Shown: positions 38,262 through 49,937 of the stretch, in pieces
Position numbering within the stretch: the first letter of the stretch is position 1
How the letters are laid out: the number at the start of each line of letters is the position of its first letter
Assembly: GCA_963817245.1 (NCBI GenBank)
Contig: CAWFNQ010000001.1
Coordinates: 1,916,136 to 1,980,135 of the forward strand
Source of the DNA: an uncultured Chloroflexia bacterium
Lineage (GTDB): Bacteria > Chloroflexota > Limnocylindria > Limnocylindrales > CSP1-4
Direction: 5' to 3'
DNA: 64,000 nucleotides
Notes under the pieces: generated by a model
What the model saw: only the letters and a program-made list of their open reading frames with translations
The model's database searches: none
Told to the model about the DNA's origin: nothing
Position numbers and translations under genes: made by a program

Positions 38262-38402
38262 ATGTTGGACCTGGATTGTCCGTGGTGCGAGGGCTCGCTG
38301 GAGCTCGACGATGACATGGGCGAGGTCGCGTGCGAGACCTGCGGGATCAGGGCCGAGCTGGCCGCGGATCCGGTGTACGAGCGCGCAGCGCTCGCGGCCT
38401 GA
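38262..38402 (+). CDS. 46-aa CxxC...CxxC zinc-ribbon small protein (hypothetical)
   Basis: ORF MLDLDCPWCEGSLELDDDMGEVACETCGIRAELAADPVYERAALAA with SD GGAG 8 nt upstream and strong GC3 bias. Below the size cutoff of the ORF track. Sits between divergent ABC and convergent MFS genes. Confidence 0.4.
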   Translation: MLDLDCPWCEGSLELDDDMGEVACETCGIRAELAADPVYERAALAA

Positions 38403-38411
38403 GGGACGGGC

Positions 38412-39710
38412 TCAGCGCGGCTGGAGTGACGCGGTCCGGAAGACGCGGACGGGGACGAAGGCCAGGGTCACGAGGCCGATGAGCACGCCGATGACGACGA
38501 TCGTGGTCGAGCCGGATGTGAGGTCGATGAGTGCACCGCCGAGGAGCAGGCCGATCGGCTGGAGACCGAGGGAGACCACGCGGGCGGTGCTGCCGATGCG
38601 CCCGAGCAGGTCGTCGGGCGAGTAGGCCGTGCGCACCGTGATGTACGTGATCAGGACGAGCGACTGCGCGACACCGGCGACGACCGATGTCGCGAGCACG
38701 ATGGGGATCGAGCTCACGGTGCCCACGATCACGAGGCAGGCGGCCAGCAGCATGTTCCCCCCGAGTAGCACCGGCGCGATCGGGCGACGCGTGGCTCGTC
38801 GGGAGGCCAGGAGCGATCCCGTGACGGTGCCGATGCCGTAGGCGGTCAGGATCAGGCCGAGGACGGTCGCCGACTCGCCGAGGTCGCGGGTGACGTGAAC
38901 GGCCAGGGCCGTCACGAGCGGCGCGATGGTGATCGAGGTGAGGCCCCAGAAGAGGATCACGCTGCGCAATAGCGGGTGGTGGACGATGTAGTCGATCCCT
39001 TCGCGGATGTCGCGGAGCAGCGAGGTCCGCGGCCGGTCGACGGGCGCTCGCAGCTCTCGGCGGACCAGGATCAACCCGAGCGACGAGAGGGCGAAGGACG
39101 CGGCGTCGATCGCGAGCGTCGGCCCGGGACCGATGGTCGAGGCCAGCAGGCCCGCGATCGCCGGGCCGACGATGTAGCCCGCCGAGTAGACCGCCTCGAA
39201 GTACGAATTCGCGCGCGCGATCTGCGAGCGGCCGACGAGCGCCGGCACGGATGCGGTGTACCCGGCGAGGAAGAACGAGCGAAGGATGCTCATCGGGGCC
39301 GCGACGATCAGGATCACGGCCATCGTCGGGCCGGCCAGGAAGACCGACAGCGGGATCAGGGCGGTCAAGCCGGCCCGGCCGAGGTCCGCGAGCAGCATCA
39401 TCCGCTTGCGATCGCTGCGGTCGGCGAGGGCGCCGGCGACCATACCGAACACGAAGTCGGGCAGCGTCTGGAGTGCCGCCACGATCCCCATCGCGAGCCC
39501 GGAACCGGTCAGCGCGAGGACGAGGAGCGGCAGGGCCGTGAACGTGACCGCGTCCCCCAGCGACGAGATGCCCTGCGTCGTCAGGAGCACGGTGAAGTCG
39601 CGGTTCTCCGACAGGGGCTGATCCCGCGGCGGCACGCCAGCAGCGGCGACCCCGCGGTCGGGCGTCAGGGCGGTGGTGGGGGCGACCGGCGAGGTCGCGG
39701 GGTCCGACAT
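38412..39710 (-). CDS. MFS transporter
   Basis: 12 predicted TM helices and MFS motif region (GALADRSDRKRMMLLADLGRAGL). Start placed at the internal ATG 39710 (track ORF starts at 39788). Confidence 0.75.
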   Translation of the reverse strand: MSDPATSPVAPTTALTPDRGVAAAGVPPRDQPLSENRDFTVLLTTQGISSLGDAVTFTALPLLVLALTGSGLAMGIVAALQTLPDFVFGMVAGALADRSDRKRMMLLADLGRAGLTALIPLSVFLAGPTMAVILIVAAPMSILRSFFLAGYTASVPALVGRSQIARANSYFEAVYSAGYIVGPAIAGLLASTIGPGPTLAIDAASFALSSLGLILVRRELRAPVDRPRTSLLRDIREGIDYIVHHPLLRSVILFWGLTSITIAPLVTALAVHVTRDLGESATVLGLILTAYGIGTVTGSLLASRRATRRPIAPVLLGGNMLLAACLVIVGTVSSIPIVLATSVVAGVAQSLVLITYITVRTAYSPDDLLGRIGSTARVVSLGLQPIGLLLGGALIDLTSGSTTIVVIGVLIGLVTLAFVPVRVFRTASLQPR

Positions 39711-39790
39711 CCGGCCGATGGTAGCGGGCCGGCCGGGCCGCGGGCCGGACCCGGACCGCGACGGCGGGGCGGTCTCGCTACGATGCATCG

Positions 39791-40417
39791 GTGGACATCC
39801 AGGCCGCGTCGGAGGCGCTCGTCGCGGCCGGACGACGCCTCGGCCGGCGTGGCCTGATCGCCGCGGCGGAGGGCAACATTTCGATCCGACTCGACGACGA
39901 CCGGCTGCTCGTCACGCCGAGCGGCCGCCGCAAGGACGAGTTGGATGCAGCCGACCTCGTCATCGTCTGGTTCGATCACCCGGACCGGGCGTCACGTTCA
40001 GCGTCGGGCCTCGGGCCATCCTCCGATCTCGCCCTGCACCTGGCCGTCTACGCCGCCCGCCCGGACGTGCGCGCCTACGCCCACGCGCATCTCCCCTCGG
40101 CGATGGCCCTGACGCTGGCCGGCGAGCGGCCCGATCCGGCCGAGCTGCCCGAGATGGCCGGCCAGCTGCCACGACTGGCCCACGTCGGGCTGGGCACGCC
40201 CGGCAGCGACGAGCTCGCCGGATGGATCGCGGCCGCCCTCACCGAGGGCCCGGAACCGTTCGCCGATGCGGTCCTCCTCGACCGGCACGGTGCCGTCGCG
40301 GTCGGCGACGACCCGGCCACCGCCGTTGATCGCCTGGACCTCGTCGAGGTGCTCTGCCGGACCTGGCGGGACGCGCTCGCGATTCGCGCGGCACGGTCGA
40401 GCCTCGGTATCGTGTGA
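39791..40417 (+). CDS. Class II aldolase/adducin-family protein
   Basis: GLIAAAEGNISIRL ... LLVTPSG ... metal-binding His cluster (YAHAHLPSAMALTLAG) typical of fuculose-phosphate-aldolase-like proteins. GTG start. Confidence 0.7.
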   Translation: MDIQAASEALVAAGRRLGRRGLIAAAEGNISIRLDDDRLLVTPSGRRKDELDAADLVIVWFDHPDRASRSASGLGPSSDLALHLAVYAARPDVRAYAHAHLPSAMALTLAGERPDPAELPEMAGQLPRLAHVGLGTPGSDELAGWIAAALTEGPEPFADAVLLDRHGAVAVGDDPATAVDRLDLVEVLCRTWRDALAIRAARSSLGIV

Positions 40418-40490
40418 CCGAACGGGCGCCGCCGGCGCCCAGGAGGGCGGCCCGACCAAGACCGTGGCCTCGGAGACACCGGGAGGGACC

Positions 40491-41162
40491 ATGAACACGC
40501 GTGCCTACCTCGCCGAGCTGCTGGGCTCGATCCTCTTCTTCACGATCGGCTACGCATCGGTCGGCGCGATCAGCGCGGCGGCGACCCCACCGTCGAATCT
40601 GCTCGTCGTGCCGTTCTCGTTCGGCTTCGGCCTGCTGGCCGCGATCTTCGCCTTCGGCTACATCTCGGGCGGGCACTTCAACCCGGCGGTGACCGTGGCG
40701 ATGGTCCTCGACAAGCGGACGACACCTCAGGACGCGGTGGGCTACATCATCGCCCAGATCATCGGCGCCATCGCTGCCGGGGCCATCATCCTGGTGGCGG
40801 TCAGCCAGCAGGCGGTCAAGGACGGGATCACGAAGCCTGGGACCGGCATCACGGACGTCGGCGCGCTCATCCTCGAGATCGTGTTCACGACCGGCTTCGT
40901 CCTCGTCATCCTCGCCTCGACGAAGCGATCCCCCGCGCTTGCGGCGCTCGCGATCCCGCTGACCCTCGTGGCCATCCACTTCGCGGATGCGACCCTGAGC
41001 GGCGCGTCGGTGAACCCGGCCCGGTCGATCGGATCGGCGATCGTCGGGGGCGATCTCACCTCGCTGTGGATCTACCTGATCGGCCCGACGGTCGGCGGCA
41101 TCATCGGCTGGGGCATCTGGCGGGTCGCCGACAGCGGCACCGACGAGGTGCCGGCCACCTGA
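40491..41162 (+). CDS. MIP-family channel (aquaporin/glycerol facilitator)
   Basis: Two NPA boxes (GGHFNPAVT and GASVNPARS) and six TM helices. SD GGGAGGG upstream. Confidence 0.85.
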   Translation: MNTRAYLAELLGSILFFTIGYASVGAISAAATPPSNLLVVPFSFGFGLLAAIFAFGYISGGHFNPAVTVAMVLDKRTTPQDAVGYIIAQIIGAIAAGAIILVAVSQQAVKDGITKPGTGITDVGALILEIVFTTGFVLVILASTKRSPALAALAIPLTLVAIHFADATLSGASVNPARSIGSAIVGGDLTSLWIYLIGPTVGGIIGWGIWRVADSGTDEVPAT

Positions 41163-41270
41163 CCTCGAGGCGGCCCGCATGAGCGACGCTGCCATACGAC
41201 GCACTGCATGCGCCGTCGGCGGCGCGCTAGTCGACGGAGGACATGCTCCCTGGCCGAACGGCAACGCCCG

Positions 41271-41833
41271 TCAGAGGTCCTCGAGGCTGAAGCGGCGGGC
41301 GTTGCCCATCTGGCCCCAGACCCGGGCCTGGGTGACCGCGAGCATCTGGCGGATGTGGTTGCGGTCGTGGTGGACCCACTCGCCAAGCAGATCCGACACC
41401 CGCAGCTCGCCGACCTCGGGATGCAGGCCGACCCGCGCCAGGTCCGCCTGTCGCAGGCCGCGCACGAGCTCGACGCTGTCGCGACGCAGCATGGCGAACT
41501 CTCCCGCCAGTTCGGCCGCCGGTCGGAGGTGGTCGCGACGGGCCTCTGCGACGGCCGGCGGGTCCCACGCCTCGAGGTCGGGCGGGATGTCCGGGCGAGC
41601 CGCCGCGGCCTCGACGATCACCCGGATCCGGCCGGCGAACCCGCGACGCTCGGCCTCGATGAGATGGCCCACGCACTCGTTCGCACTCCACTCGCCCGGC
41701 TCCGGCCGCCACCCGGCCTCGAGGCCGAGCGCACCGAGTTCGGCCAGCACGGTGACACTGGATGCGGCCAGCAGGTCCGCGATGGTCGTCGGGTCGAGGG
41801 GTTCGAGGGCCGGGGCGTCGCCGGTCAGCTCGG

Positions 41834-41837
<4 letters not shown>
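41271..41837 (-). CDS. DinB-family (DinB_2 / four-helix-bundle metalloenzyme-like) protein
   Basis: His-rich helical bundle pattern ([18 protein letters not shown] ... [15 protein letters not shown]). Its GTG start overlaps the TGA stop of the upstream dppF-like pseudogene (GTGA). Confidence 0.6.
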
Positions 41838-42941
<1,104 letters not shown>

Positions 42942-42945
<4 letters not shown>

Positions 42946-44268
42946 GAGGCGACCGCGGGCGGCGCGTCGCTGGGCATCGGGGCGGCGAGCGGCTGGCGGA
43001 CGGCGATCCCGCGCCGGGCTCGCCACGTCCTCCGCGCTGATGAGCACGGCGCCGTCGCGGCCCTCGGGATGCAGGTGGCACGCGACGCGGACGCCGTCCG
43101 GGAAGATGACCTCGGGTGGGACGACCACGCGGCAGACGTCCATCGCGGCGGGGCAGCGCGGGTGGAACCGGCAGCCGTCGGGCGGCTCGCGCAGGTCCGG
43201 TGGCGACCCCGGGATCGTCTCGAGCGTGCGTCGGTCGGCCTGGATGTTGGGGAACGCGCCCAGCAGCTTCTGCGTGTACGGATGCCGGGGAGCGGTGAAG
43301 ATCTTGCGGACCGGGCCCTCCTCGGCCACCTTGCCCGCGTACATGATCAGGGTCCGGTCGCAGGTCTCGGCGATGACCGACAGGTCGTGGGTGATGAGGA
43401 TCAGCGAGAGGCCGAGCTCGCGGCGCAGGCGTTCGAGCAGCTCGAGGATCTGCGCCTGGACCATGACGTCCAGCGCCGTCGTCGGCTCGTCGCCGATGAC
43501 GATCGCCGGGTCGCAGGCCAGGGCCATCGCGATCATCGCGCGCTGGCGCATCCCACCCGACAGCTCATGGGGGTAGGCGTCGGCGCGCTTGCGCGGGATG
43601 CCGACCAGCTCGAGCAGTTCGCCGGCGCGGCGGCGCGCCCGCTCCTTGGGCTCGCTCGAGACGGACCTCGATCGGCTCGGCGATCTGCTCGCCGATGCGC
43701 TGCACCGGGTTGAGGGCGTTCATCGCGCCCTGGAAGACGATGCTGATCTCGCGCCAGCGGTAGCGTCGCATCTGCTGCTCGGTCTTGGGGACGAGGTCGA
43801 TGCCGAAGAGCTCGATCGAGCTGCCCTTCCGGATGCGGCCGTTGCTGGGCAGGATCTTGACGAGCGACAGGGCGGTCGTCGTCTTGCCGCAGCCGGACTC
43901 GCCGGCGAGCCCGAGCGCCTCGCCGTCGTTGAGCCGGAACGAGACGCCGTCAACCGCCTTGACCCAGCCATTCTCGAGCTTGAAGTGCGTCCGCAGGTCC
44001 TTGACAACGAGGAGCGGCGCCGCCGGATCGGCCTGCTTGGGCAGCGGCCACTGCCGGCGGCCGCGACCGGCCACACGGCGGTCTCGACGTCGGCGCCGAC
44101 GCCGGCCGGAGGGCGTCGGCGCCGCGGGCCGCCCGTGCCGCGCTTTCGGCCTCGAGCGCCTGCTGTGCGGCCAGCTCGGCGTCGCGCGCCTCCTCGGCAG
44201 ATGGTCGGCGCCTCGTCGCCGGCCACCACGTCGCGGGCGATCCGCAGTTCTTCGCGGGGATCGGTCAT
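42942..44268 (-). pseudogene. Dpp/Opp-type peptide ABC transporter ATP-binding protein, first ATPase (dppD-like), multiply frameshifted
   Basis: N-terminus MTDPREELRIARDVVAGDEAPTI (frame 1), Ala/Glu-rich helix SAEEARDAELAAQQALEAESAARAARG (frame 3), LLVVKDLRTHFKLENGWVKAVDGVSFRLNDGEALGLAGESGCGKTT (frame 2), then [31 protein letters not shown] ... [10 protein letters not shown] ... GCRFHPRCP in a further frame. Confidence 0.7.
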
Positions 44269-44277
44269 CGGGCACCC

Positions 44278-45169
44278 TCATCGGCGCGTGCTCGACTTCG
44301 GGTTCAGGATGTCGTCGAGCGCGTTCCCGACGAGGGTGAACGCGAGGACCACGAGCACGACGCAGATCGCCGGCGGCGCGATGTACCACCACGCCCCGAG
44401 GCTCGGCGCGCCGGCTTGCCTGGGCCGCGTCGAGGATCGTGCCCCACGACGGCGCGAAGCGGGTCGCCGAGGCCGACGAACGCGAGGCTCGTCTCGGTGA
44501 AGACCGCCGCCGCGAACGTGATGACCGCCTGGGCGACGATCAGGTTGACGACGTTCGGGAAGATGTGGCGCCGCATGATGTGGCCGCTGCCGCTACCGAT
44601 GACCCGCGCCCGGTCGACGAACATGCGCTCGCGGACCGAGAGCGTCTGGGACCGGATGATCCGGGCGGTCGTCGCCCACGACGTGATGCCGATGACGATG
44701 ACGATGACGACCAGGGTCGCCCGCAACCCCATGATCTCGGCGTCGACGCCGATGATGTCGAGGATGACCGGCGCGAGGATGATCGCCAGGACGAAGGTCG
44801 GGAGCACGAGGAAGAAGTCCGTCAGGCGCATGAGCGCGTTGTCGGTCTTGCCGCCGACGAAGCCGGACAGGACGCCGATCGAGCGCCCCGACGACGACCG
44901 TGATCATCGTGGCGAGCAGGCCGATCGACATCGAGATCCGAGCCCCGTGGACGGTCAGGTTCATGATGTCGCGGCCCGAGCTCGTCGGTTCCCAGCAGGT
45001 GCGCCGCCGACGGCGGCTCGAGGGCCGTGCCGGTCGCCGCCGTCACGGTCTCGAGCGGGCCGACGAACAGCTGCGGCGCGATGGCCATGACCGTGAAGAT
45101 GACCAGGATGATGAACCCGAGGACCCCGTCGCGCCGGCTGCCGAAGCGGCGGACGAAGTCCGAGCGCAT
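44278..45169 (-). pseudogene. Dpp/Opp-type ABC permease (dppC-like), broken into at least 4 frame segments
   Basis: Segments MRSDFVRRFGSRRDGVLGFIILVIFTVMAIAPQLFVGPL..., MNLTVHGARISMSIGLLATMITVVVGAL..., ...ARVIGSGSGHIMRRHIFPNVVNLIVAQAVITFAAAVFTETSLAFVGLGDP and C-terminal SLGAWWYIAPPAICVVLVVLAFTLVGNALDDILNPKSSTRR lie in different frames. Confidence 0.7.
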
Positions 45170-45241
45170 GTTCCGCAGCGCGCAGCCGCCAACGCTCGCG
45201 CACGGAGGCTGCCGGGCCAGGGTGGGCGTCGGTCGCCGCGC

Positions 45242-46215
45242 TCACACCCGCACCCTCGGATCGAGCCGGCCGTAGACGATGTCGGCGGCGAGATTGCCGA
45301 GCACGACGGTCACCGAGAGCAGCAGGAAGATGCCCTGCAGGACCGGGTAGTCGCGCGCGACAGGGCGTCGACGGTCAGCGTCCCGAGCCCGGGCCAGTTG
45401 AAGACGACCTCCGCCGTGATCGCGCCGGCGACGACGTAGCCGAGGTTGATCGCGATGATCGTGACCATCGGCAGCATCGCGTTCGGGAAGGCGTGCGAGC
45501 GGAGGACCCGGTCATCCGTCAGGCCCTTGGCGCGCGCCGTCGTGACGTAGTCCTCCGACCGCGTCTCGATGATCGCCGACCGCATGATGATCGAGTAGCC
45601 GCCGATCAACCCGAGCGAGACCGTGAGCAGCGGCAAGGTCAGGTGCCGCAGGAAGTCGACGAGCTGCTCGAGGAACGAGTCGTACGTGGCGCCGACCGTC
45701 AGCATCCCCGACGTCGGGAACCACCCGAGGTTGGCCGCGAAGATGATGATCAACGGCATGCCGATGACGAAGTACGGCATCGAGTAGAGGATGAGGCCGA
45801 GGCCGCTCCCCACCCGGTCGGCGGAGCTACCCCGTCTCCAGCCGGCGTAGGCGCCGACGGCCAGGCCGACGATGATCGAGATGAGCTCGCCGAGGCCGAT
45901 GAGGATGATCGTCGGCCAGAACCGCTGCGAGATGACGTCGACGACCGGGGTCCCGCGGAAGTAGAACGAGTACCCGAAGTCACCCTGGGCGCTCGCGGCC
46001 AGGTAGCTCGCGAGCTGGTCGGGGATGAGCGGCTTGTCGAGGCCCCACTCCGCGCGGACCTGGTCGATCTTCTCCTGGGTCAGGTACTGGTTCCGGAGAA
46101 GCACGCGCTCGGGTGAGCCGGGCATCATGCGGAACAGGATGAAGTTGAGGATGACGATCGCGATGATCGTCAGGATCGCCTGCGCACCCTTGCGCGCGAG
46201 GTAGCGGCCGCTCAT
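45242..46215 (-). pseudogene. Dpp/Opp-type ABC permease (dppB-like), intact except for a frameshift in the last about 35 codons
   Basis: Full BPD_transp_1 core including the EAA-like loop (TARAKGLTDDRVLRSHAFPNAMLPMVTII). The C-terminus ...LTVDAL|ARDYPVLQGIFLLLSVTVVLGNLAADIVYGRLDPRVRV continues in another frame. Confidence 0.7.
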
Positions 46216-46304
46216 CGTCGGCGCCTCGCTAGCGGATCCGGTCGATCAGCGGGATCGGGGCGACGGGCGGGGCCGGCGGCCCGCCCGAAGGCGGGCCCAC
46301 CCGG

Positions 46305-48265
46305 TCATTCGTCCTCGTCCGCGGCCGCGGCGGCGCTCCGCCGACGGCTGAACCACACGAACCCGACGACGACGATCGCGACGACCGCGACCGCACCCGC
46401 GAGGAGCGGCGTCGAGGATCCTGAATCGCTGGCAGATCCCGCCGGCGCCGCACTCGGGGCGGCGCTCGGCTGCGAGGCCGCCTGTCGAGCGGGGCCCCGC
46501 GAGGCCCGGGGGCGACGCTCGCCGCGGCCTCGGACGGCGCCGGGGTCGGCACCGCCTTGGCATCGGTGAGCTTCGTGTAGTCGAGGGTGCTGTAGGTGAA
46601 GAACGGCGTGCCGTTCGACTCGGGCTGCTTGGTCCAGCCCGCGAACCGGTCGGTCCGATAGGCGTCGGTGTTCGCGTCGTAGTAGAGGATGTCGTAGACG
46701 GCCTTGTCGTAGATCAGCGTTCTGCATCTGCGACAGGATCGCCTTCCGGGCCTCGGCCGTCGGCGCCTTGAGCTGGTCGGCGTACATCTGGTCGTACGCC
46801 GGGTTGCAGTACTGGCTGTCCGACGAGGTCCCGATCTCCTCGCAGTCGGAAGACCTGGAGCAGGCCGTTGGGATCGATCGCGCCGCTCCAGCCCCACAGC
46901 TCGATGTCGTAGTCGGCCTTGTACTTCTTGTCGCCGGCTTCTGGCGGCAGGATGCGCTCGCCGAGGACCGCCGAGCTCTCGACCTGGGTGGTCGACCTTG
47001 ATCCCGAGCTGGCCGTACCAGTCGGCGATGAACTGCGCCGCCTTCGGATAGTTCGCATCGCGAATCGGGCATGAACATCCGCAGGTTGATCGGCTTGCCT
47101 TCCTTGTCGAGGCGCTTGCCGTTCGCGTCGAGCTGGTAGCCCGCCGCGTCGAGCTTCTGCTTCGCGAGCTCGATGTCGAACTTCCGTGGAGTGGTCGGCT
47201 CGACGTGCCATTGGGTCAGCACCGGCGGCACGATGGTGGTGCCGACGTCGCCGTATCCGCCGAGCACCCGGTCGACGAGCGCCTTGTGGTCGACGGCGTA
47301 GCCGAGCGCGTCACGGAACGCCGGGTCGAGCAGCGCCTTCGTCGACGGCCCGCCGCCCGGGATGGTCTTGCCGGTATCGGCGCCGTAGTCGTTGAACGCG
47401 AGCTGCGTCCATCCGTTGCGCGTGCCGGCCACGGTCTGGATGTTCGGATCGGTCTTGAGCTGGTTGAGCTGCTCGGCATTCGGGCCGTGGGCGTAGTCGA
47501 GGTCGCCGGCCTTGAGCGCCTGGACCATCGTGTCCGGGTTCTTGTAGATGATGATGTCGACTTCGTCCTGGAACGCCTGCGTGCCCCAGTAGTTCGGGTT
47601 GCGCTCGAGGCGGACGTACTGGCCGGTCTGCCATTCGGCGGCGGTATACGGACCGGTGCCGACCAGCGGCGCGTCGAACTTGGCGTCGCCGATCGTCTTG
47701 TACGTCTCCTTGCCCCAGATGTGCTTCGGGATGATCGGGAGGGAGACCTGGAGCGACGCGGTCGGACGGGTCGTCGGTCGTCGAGGACCATCGTCGAGGC
47801 GTCCGGGCAGGTCGATCTTGGTGACGCCCGCGTCCTGCATCGTCGGTTCGAGGTAGCCCGCGCCGAGCGACTTCCCGGCGGTGATGGCGTCGAGGCCCAA
47901 CTGGCACGAGAAGCAGGCGTCCTCGGACGTCGCCGGCTGGCCGTCGGACCACTTCATGCCGTCCCGGATGTGGAACGTCCAGGAGTGGCCATCGGCGGCT
48001 CGCTCCCACTTGTCGGCGAAGCCCGCGACGGGCTCGAGGTCGGGCCCGGAGTCGACCAGGTAGTTGTAGGTGAGCCGAAGGCCTCGTAGCCGACGACCAG
48101 GATCGTCGCGTACGGGTTCAGCGAATCCAGGTCCTGCGTCGTGCCGACGCGAAGGACGACCGGATCGGCTGCCGCGGCCGGCGCGGCCGCCGGCAGGAGG
48201 AGCGCGGCCAGCAGGCCGGTCGCCCCAAGGATCCGGAACAGGCGCGCGCGCCGCGATGGGTGCAT
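46305..48265 (-). pseudogene. Family-5 solute-binding protein of peptide ABC transporter (dppA/oppA-like), frameshifted
   Basis: Signal peptide MHPSRRARLFRILGATGLLAALLLPAAAPAAAADP with SD GGAGGA. SBP_bac_5 core (LTYNYLVD...KWSDGQPATSEDA...PYTAAEWQTGQYVRLERNPNYWG...) is interrupted by frame changes. Unusual C-terminal Ser/Gly linker plus TM helix plus RRR tail. Confidence 0.7.
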
Positions 48266-48386
48266 CGAATCCTCCTCGGTCGCCGGTCCGGCGCCTCCCA
48301 CTAGACCGTCGACATATCCCGCGTTCGGGTGGCGGTACGTTGGCACAGGCCGGGGAACCGCGCAAGGAATGGCCCGTACCGCGCGC

Positions 48387-49584
48387 CTAGACCATCCAGG
48401 TCGTCGCGGGCTCCGCCTCGAGGAGGATGGGACGATCGATGGCGAAGGCACCGAGCTCGCCCTCGGACGGGGTCTCGCCGTCCAAGCTGAGCTCGGCCGC
48501 GATGCGCCCGAGGACCGAGGCGAACTTGAATCCGTGGGCCGCCCCGAGAAGGACTGTGACACCTGGCACGTCGGGCAGCCGGTCGACGACGAAGTCCCGG
48601 TCCGGGGTCAGCGTGTACAAGCAGGTCTTCGTGTAGATATCGGGCCCGACGGCGCCCGGCAGGTGCGCCTCGAGGAACCCGCGGGCGCGCCGGTAGGCCG
48701 CCTCGTCGCGGTCGAACGTGCGCGTGTCCGGGTCCGTCGGCTGGCCGCCGCAGTCCTGGGCGATCTTGGGCCCCGCCTCCCCGTAGGTCGGGAAGCCATA
48801 GAAGGAGGGGTCGTCCATCCAGATCCAGACCGGGAACCGGTCGGGAGCGAAGGCCGCGGGGTCCGGTGCGGCGACGTACGTGACCTGCTCCTTGGTGATC
48901 GTGAGCGGGAGCTGGCGGTCGAAGGGGGCGAGGAGCTGGTTCGTCCAGGCGTCCGCCGCGACGACGACACGGCCGGCCCGATGGGTCGTGCCGCCCGCCG
49001 TGACTTCGATCTCGCCGGCCACCTCGCGGATCTCCGTGACCGGCGTCCGGTCGATGAGCGTGGCGCCGCGCGCCGCCGCCAGCCGGCGATGCGCGGCGTT
49101 GCCCTTGAACGGGTCGGCCAGGCCGCCCTGCGCCTGCCACATCCCGATCGTGCCGGCGTCGAGCCGCCACTGCGGCCAGCGCCGCCGGATCTCGGCCGCA
49201 TCGAGGATCTCGAACGGGACGCCTTCCGAAGTCAGGCTCTCCGTGTAGTCGCCCATCGGGATCGCCGGATCGGCCGGCCATAGGTCCAGGCCCCCGGTGA
49301 CGGTGACGATCCGCTCGCCGGCCTCGGCTTCGACGGCCGACCACGCCTCGTACGCGCGCTTCGCCAGGCGGACGTAGTCGGGCCGGTGGTAGGAGAGCCG
49401 GATGATCCGGCTATGGTCGGCCGACGCCCCGTTCGCATGGCCGAACTCGAAGCGCTCGAGGCCGAGGACGCGGGTGCCGGGCGCGCGTGGAGGCCCAATA
49501 GGCGGCGCCGGACCCGAGCGCCCCAAGCCCGATGACGATGAGGTCCCACTCGCGCCGGGCAGGCGCCTCGCGGTCGACGGTCAT
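48387..49584 (-). CDS. FAD-dependent N-methyltryptophan/sarcosine oxidase (MSOX/SolA-like) with an apparent +1 frameshift near 49475-49490
   Basis: The true N-terminus with the dinucleotide-binding motif MTVDREAPARREWDLIVIGLGALGSGAAYWAS is in a different frame from the body (...TRVLGLERFEFGHANGASADHSRIIR ... GHGFKFASVLG). Confidence 0.75.
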
Positions 49585-49652
49585 GGGCCGATGGTAGGCG
49601 AGACGGGCTCGCTCGCGCCTGAGCGCGTTCCGAGACGGACTGGATGACCGGT

Positions 49653-49696
49653 GTGCGCACGACCGTGTGCTATCGTATGCGCATGAACGTGCGCAC
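49653..49696 (+). promoter_or_regulatory. Putative vapBC operator: three GCGC-core palindromes GTGCGCAC (49653-49660), ATGCGCAT (49677-49684), GTGCGCAC (49689-49696)
   Basis: Self-complementary octamers about 25-36 nt apart spanning the vapB start codon, the classic architecture for antitoxin autorepression. Confidence 0.35.
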
Positions 49697-49937
49697 GAAC
49701 CTGTTGCTTCCCGAGGAGTTGGTCAAGGAGATCGACCACTTCGCCGGGCCGCGGGGCCGGAGTCGATACGTCACGGACGCACTCGAGGCAGGCCTTCGGC
49801 GGGACCGATTACGCGAGGCGATCAACGCCTCGGCTGGCATCTGGAAGGACCATCCGCTCTTCCCGACCGACGAATCCGTGGTCGAATGGGTCCGCGAGGG
49901 ACGACGACAGACGCACGATCCATGGGCCGATGACTGA
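49677..49937 (+). CDS. vapB: VapB-type (ribbon-helix-helix) antitoxin
   Basis: MNVRTNLLLPEELVKEIDHFAGPRGRSRYVTDALEAGLRRDRL matches the RHH antitoxin pattern (RTNLxLPEEL). Stop overlaps the toxin start (TGATG). Alternative start at ATG 49683. Confidence 0.55.
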   Translation: MRMNVRTNLLLPEELVKEIDHFAGPRGRSRYVTDALEAGLRRDRLREAINASAGIWKDHPLFPTDESVVEWVREGRRQTHDPWADD

